NCBI GenBank assembly: GCA_000002445.1
Contig: CH464491.1
Location: forward strand, 896,001-960,000
Direction: 5' to 3'
Length of the DNA stretch: 64,000 nucleotides
From: Trypanosoma brucei
Lineage: Eukaryota
Position numbers and translations under genes: made by a program. The notes beneath the pieces were generated by a model, which was given only the letters and a program-made list of their open reading frames with translations, was not told where the DNA came from and did not search any database. Positions 60,526-64,000 of this stretch are shown here, piece by piece. Numbering within the stretch: the first letter of the stretch is position 1; every line of letters begins with the position of its first letter.

Positions 60526-61023
60526 AGTGGTCACCCGCACAAGTTCTTGTCAAAGTTCCAGTCCAAGGGATTCTGTTTTGTTTTTTTTTGACCCCTCGAC
60601 AGCATTTCGCGTTGTTCTGTTTCTCCAAAAGAAAAAAAAGTGAAGAAAATCCCCTAAGACGTGGATTAGTCTTCTTAATAGTCCGGAAAACGCCACCTAA
60701 ATCATAGCAAATGGTCGCGAAGCAATCTGAATGAGGCGTGCTCTGTTCGGTATATTCATTTTCATGGGGATGTTGAGGGGCGTACATGTTGTTGTTCCTT
60801 TGAGTTGTTGCTGCTGCTCGAGGTGGCATCTGCGGCCTTCGCGCCCATCACGCGGCACCTTTAGTGTATAGGTGTCGTTATTTCGTTACTTGGGGAAGTG
60901 GTGCAAATAAACTACCTGCTTGCTTATCCCTACATTTCTACCCCTTTCCACCCCACATGCACACATTTTATGTATTTGCACTTTTACTGACCTCACGGGC
61001 ACATCAATTACTCAAGGTGACAC

Positions 61024-61776
61024 ATGTCCAAGTTATTTATATCTAAACTTCCAAAAACGGTCTCCGCGGAGGAAGTGAAAGAGTTTCTTGAGAACCTCAT
61101 GCCGGAAGCTACGCGCATCCAACTACTACTCGGCTCTCAGCACCACGAGCATAAGGGGTACGCCTACGCGCATTTTGCAGGGGAGGAGGCAGCCACAGAG
61201 GCATTACAACGTCTTTGTGGTGATGAGCCACCATCCCTGCACGGCGTGGCGATTACGGCAAAGCGCGCCAGTCGTGTCTCAGACGCGGTGGAAAGCGACG
61301 TGACGCCATTGCCGGCGGCGTTGGCACATTTTAGCCACTCGCAATGCGTAACGGTTGCACCCCCTTCACTCGTGGATGAACTTAATGGTGTTGTGGCTCG
61401 TTGTAGTGTAAACGACAATTTGGAGGCGGTAGCGTTTGCTACGGGGGCGGAAGCTGCGGCATGTGTGGCATCGAGTGGAGGACGGGTGGTGAAATGTACG
61501 CCTCCGCGGCTACCGGAGTTACTCGCCTCTCGTGAAGCAACAAAGCGAAGGCGCGAGGAGCCACCGGTAGTGAAGTCAGGTGAGGCAGCAACGGAGGGAA
61601 GCGCCGGGGATATCGTGACCGCTTACGAGCGACTCGGTTACACCGCGTTATCGCCTTCGCAGTTGCTTCAGCTTGTGGAAGATTTTTTAGAGGGCCGTGG
61701 ACGAGTCGCGGTTCAAGACCGTGAGGGACATGTGGCGTTGCTAAATCTCCCAGCGTATATTTCTGCGCTGGAGTAA
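61024..61776 (+). CDS. Small protein with an N-terminal RRM-like fold (putative RNA-binding protein)
   Basis: 250 aa. KLFISKLPKTVSAEEVKEFLENLMP...HKGYAYAHFAGEEAATEALQRL resembles the RNP2 (LFISKL) and RNP1 (KGYAYAHF) elements of an RRM. This is a weak call from pattern alone. Confidence 0.45.
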   Translation: MSKLFISKLPKTVSAEEVKEFLENLMPEATRIQLLLGSQHHEHKGYAYAHFAGEEAATEALQRLCGDEPPSLHGVAITAKRASRVSDAVESDVTPLPAALAHFSHSQCVTVAPPSLVDELNGVVARCSVNDNLEAVAFATGAEAAACVASSGGRVVKCTPPRLPELLASREATKRRREEPPVVKSGEAATEGSAGDIVTAYERLGYTALSPSQLLQLVEDFLEGRGRVAVQDREGHVALLNLPAYISALE

Positions 61777-63426
61777 AGTTTGCCGACGGTAAATGAAGGC
61801 GAAGAGGACGAAGCGCGGGGTCCTAATTTGTTTGTTTGTTTTCCCCGATATCTCCGTTCCGTGTTGGAATTAACAAAAGAAAAATATGGCACCATGTGTG
61901 TACGCACTGCCTTTTAGATGGGGGGAGGTGGGTTGTGTGAGATGAGGTTATGGTTAGGGTTAGGGTTGCGTTTTGTTAAAACCCTTTTACTCTTTCCTTC
62001 TCCCAACCTCACTTTCTTCCTCTTTTAGGTCAGGTGTAGTTCCGTTACGATCTGCATGTTTTGCGTCCTTTTTCTCCTGTGCTATGCGCTCGCTGTTTAT
62101 TTGTTTTGTTCATAATTTGCATGAAACATTCTCTTCCTCTCCTCTCCTCTCTCTCTCTCTTCTCACTTCTCATTTCTGCACCACTTCGTCTTGCACATTT
62201 TGTGCTCTCTAGCGCTACTGGAACACTTACGCTCCACAAGACACAGGTTAAAGTCCTTCCTCACAGAAATTAGGGAGAGAAGATTATAAGGAAAAAATTT
62301 AAGTGGGAACGAAGTATTTGGAAGGCTTTTTTCTTTTTTTTTTGGGGGGGAGTGGGAAATTTGTTTAGTTTGCGATCCGTGCTGGTGGTTAACTTGGGAG
62401 CAGATACGATACGTACTGCAGAGCACATATCTTATATATTTTATTTAAAAACATAGGTTTGCACTATACACAAACCAAGAAGGCTTTGTCTTTTTCTTTT
62501 GAGGCTCGTATTCATCGCTCTTAGATCACCTTTTTGACGTTGCGGGAAGTTCTCTGTGCGACTTCACGTGCGGATAGTGCCCAAAAAAGGCAAAAAAGAA
62601 AAAGTCTACAACTTCCCCTTAATCATAGTCTGCAGGTGACAAGGGGCTGTATATATTTGTTCCCGTTGGTGATCACTGGGGCCGAAAGGGGGAAGGGAGA
62701 AAAGAAGCGGAAGCAGCTGCCGTACGCAAAAGGGAGGTAACGTCTGCAAAGTTACATAAATAGTAGTTTTATTGTGTACATATATACATTTATCTACATA
62801 TCTGCAGCCAAAAGCATTTTGGCTACCTTTTTTTTTGTTTCTGGAGAGTCCATCGGCGTCACGTTCGTACGTAGGAGACGAAGGGACAGAGCCTTTTTAA
62901 AAAAAAATTTATTTGTTTGTTGGTCGTTCTTGTTAGGAGGCGCACAGGAGGGTGGTGGGGCTGCCAAAAGAACTGAAGGCCAGAGGCAAGGGGAGTCGGA
63001 ATTTGTCTTTAATCCGTGAAAAAAAGTAAACAAGCAATACAGAACGTAAGGGAACCGCTGGAGGAGCACCACGGTATAAGAAGGTGTTGGACTGAAGAGG
63101 TGGCGAAAAAAAAAAAGGGATTAGAGAACCAGAAGGAAACAGGAATTAAGATAAAATAAGGCTCATTCACTGGAACAGGGTGTAGATCTCACACACCCCT
63201 GTTTCACTGCACTCTAGTGGAACGTAGAGCGAGGGTTCAACTAAGTACAAAAAGAAACATCAACGGAAGAGAAGATAATTTATACGTCAGTGGAACGTTG
63301 TAAACAAGCACGGGAAGGGGTGGGAAGAAGAAAGGAAAATCACCTGCAAGGAGCGACCCCGGAAAGGAAGAGAGTGCGTGAAAAGATCAAGGAAGGAAAG
63401 AGGAACAGCAAAGTGGAACATCAGAC

Positions 63427-64000
63427 ATGGCGGAAGACGCTGCACCCGACACATCGCACCAGAGTAGCAACACCAGCGATGAAGGAGGTGCAAAATCGGA
63501 GGTTATAGTACACATGAATAACCGTGAGGCTAACGAAGAGTACGGCTATCCCAATAATTTCATCAAAACATCGCATTACACCGCACTCAGCTTCCTGCCA
63601 TTGGGGCTTATCGCACAATTTATGCGCGTCAGTAATTTTTACTTCCTCGTATGCATGTGCCTCACTCTGATTCCGGGCCTCTCTCCGGTGAACCCTGTGA
63701 CAGCCATCCTACCCCTTTTATTCGTCATTGGTGTTTCACTGGCGAAGGAGGGCGTGGAGGAGTTTCGCCGCCACACCGCCGACCGCTTGGCGAATTCCGT
63801 TGAGGTTGACGTATTAATAAACGGAGTGATGCAGCGGGTTCCGAGTCGTGACATCCGCGTGGGTGATATCGTCCGTGTGAGCAACGGTGAGGAGGTGCGA
63901 GCAGATCTTCTCTGCTTGTCCACCTCGGATGAAGAAGATCAGGTATATATTGATATGTGTAATCTCGACGGAGAGACCAGTCTCAAAAACCGAAAGCCAC
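63427..64000 (+). CDS. Phospholipid-transporting P4-ATPase (flippase), 5' part only; it runs off the window end
   Basis: From the ATG at 63427 the frame stays open to the window end. YPNNFIKTSHYTALSFLPLGLIAQFMRVSNFYFLVCMCLTLIPGLSPVNPVTAILPLLFVIGVSLAKEGVEEFRRHTAD...VEVDVLINGV...IRVGDIVRV...DEEDQVYIDMCNLDGETSLK matches the conserved P4-ATPase N-terminus (Y-x-N-N-x-I-x-T-x-KYT, the EQF-R-x-AN-YFL motif and the actuator domain). Confidence 0.8.
   Translation, partial: MAEDAAPDTSHQSSNTSDEGGAKSEVIVHMNNREANEEYGYPNNFIKTSHYTALSFLPLGLIAQFMRVSNFYFLVCMCLTLIPGLSPVNPVTAILPLLFVIGVSLAKEGVEEFRRHTADRLANSVEVDVLINGVMQRVPSRDIRVGDIVRVSNGEEVRADLLCLSTSDEEDQVYIDMCNLDGETSLKNRKP

Overview
This window reads as kinetoplastid (Trypanosoma-like) nuclear DNA. 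It appears to be one unidirectional polycistronic unit on the + strand, with no introns. The gaps between genes are long and pyrimidine-rich and carry (GT)n, (AT)n and (TTG)n microsatellites. Every long ORF on the - strand lies antisense inside a recognisable + strand gene.

The first ~8.3 kb has no convincing coding sequence on either strand. It contains G14, G16 and C10 homopolymer runs and may be a transcription-start or strand-switch region.

From ~8.3 kb onward there are thirteen + strand genes, in order:
- ribosomal protein L44/eL42
- chaperonin CCT-zeta
- a ~4,659-aa axonemal dynein heavy chain
- a mitochondrial family-A DNA polymerase (kinetoplast POLI-like, with a presequence, a 3'-5' exonuclease and polymerase motifs A/B)
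- squalene monooxygenase
- a kinesin-13 with an N-terminal SAM domain (KIF24-like)
- a 1,501-aa coiled-coil protein with one C-terminal transmembrane helix
- a SAS-4/CPAP-like protein (polyQ, E/R-rich repeats, C-terminal TCP10/G-box)
- a ubiquitin E2 variant (UEV/MMS2)
- a RagA/Gtr1-like GTPase
- a 1,056-aa hypothetical protein
- an RRM-like protein
- the 5' part of a P4-ATPase flippase, which runs off the window end

Several ORF-track starts use GTG or TTG or sit inside polypyrimidine tracts. I moved those to the first plausible ATG.

Nothing here resembles a prokaryotic defence island. The points worth a second look are eukaryotic: domain architectures, lineage-specific insertions, repeats and the gene-free 5' region.
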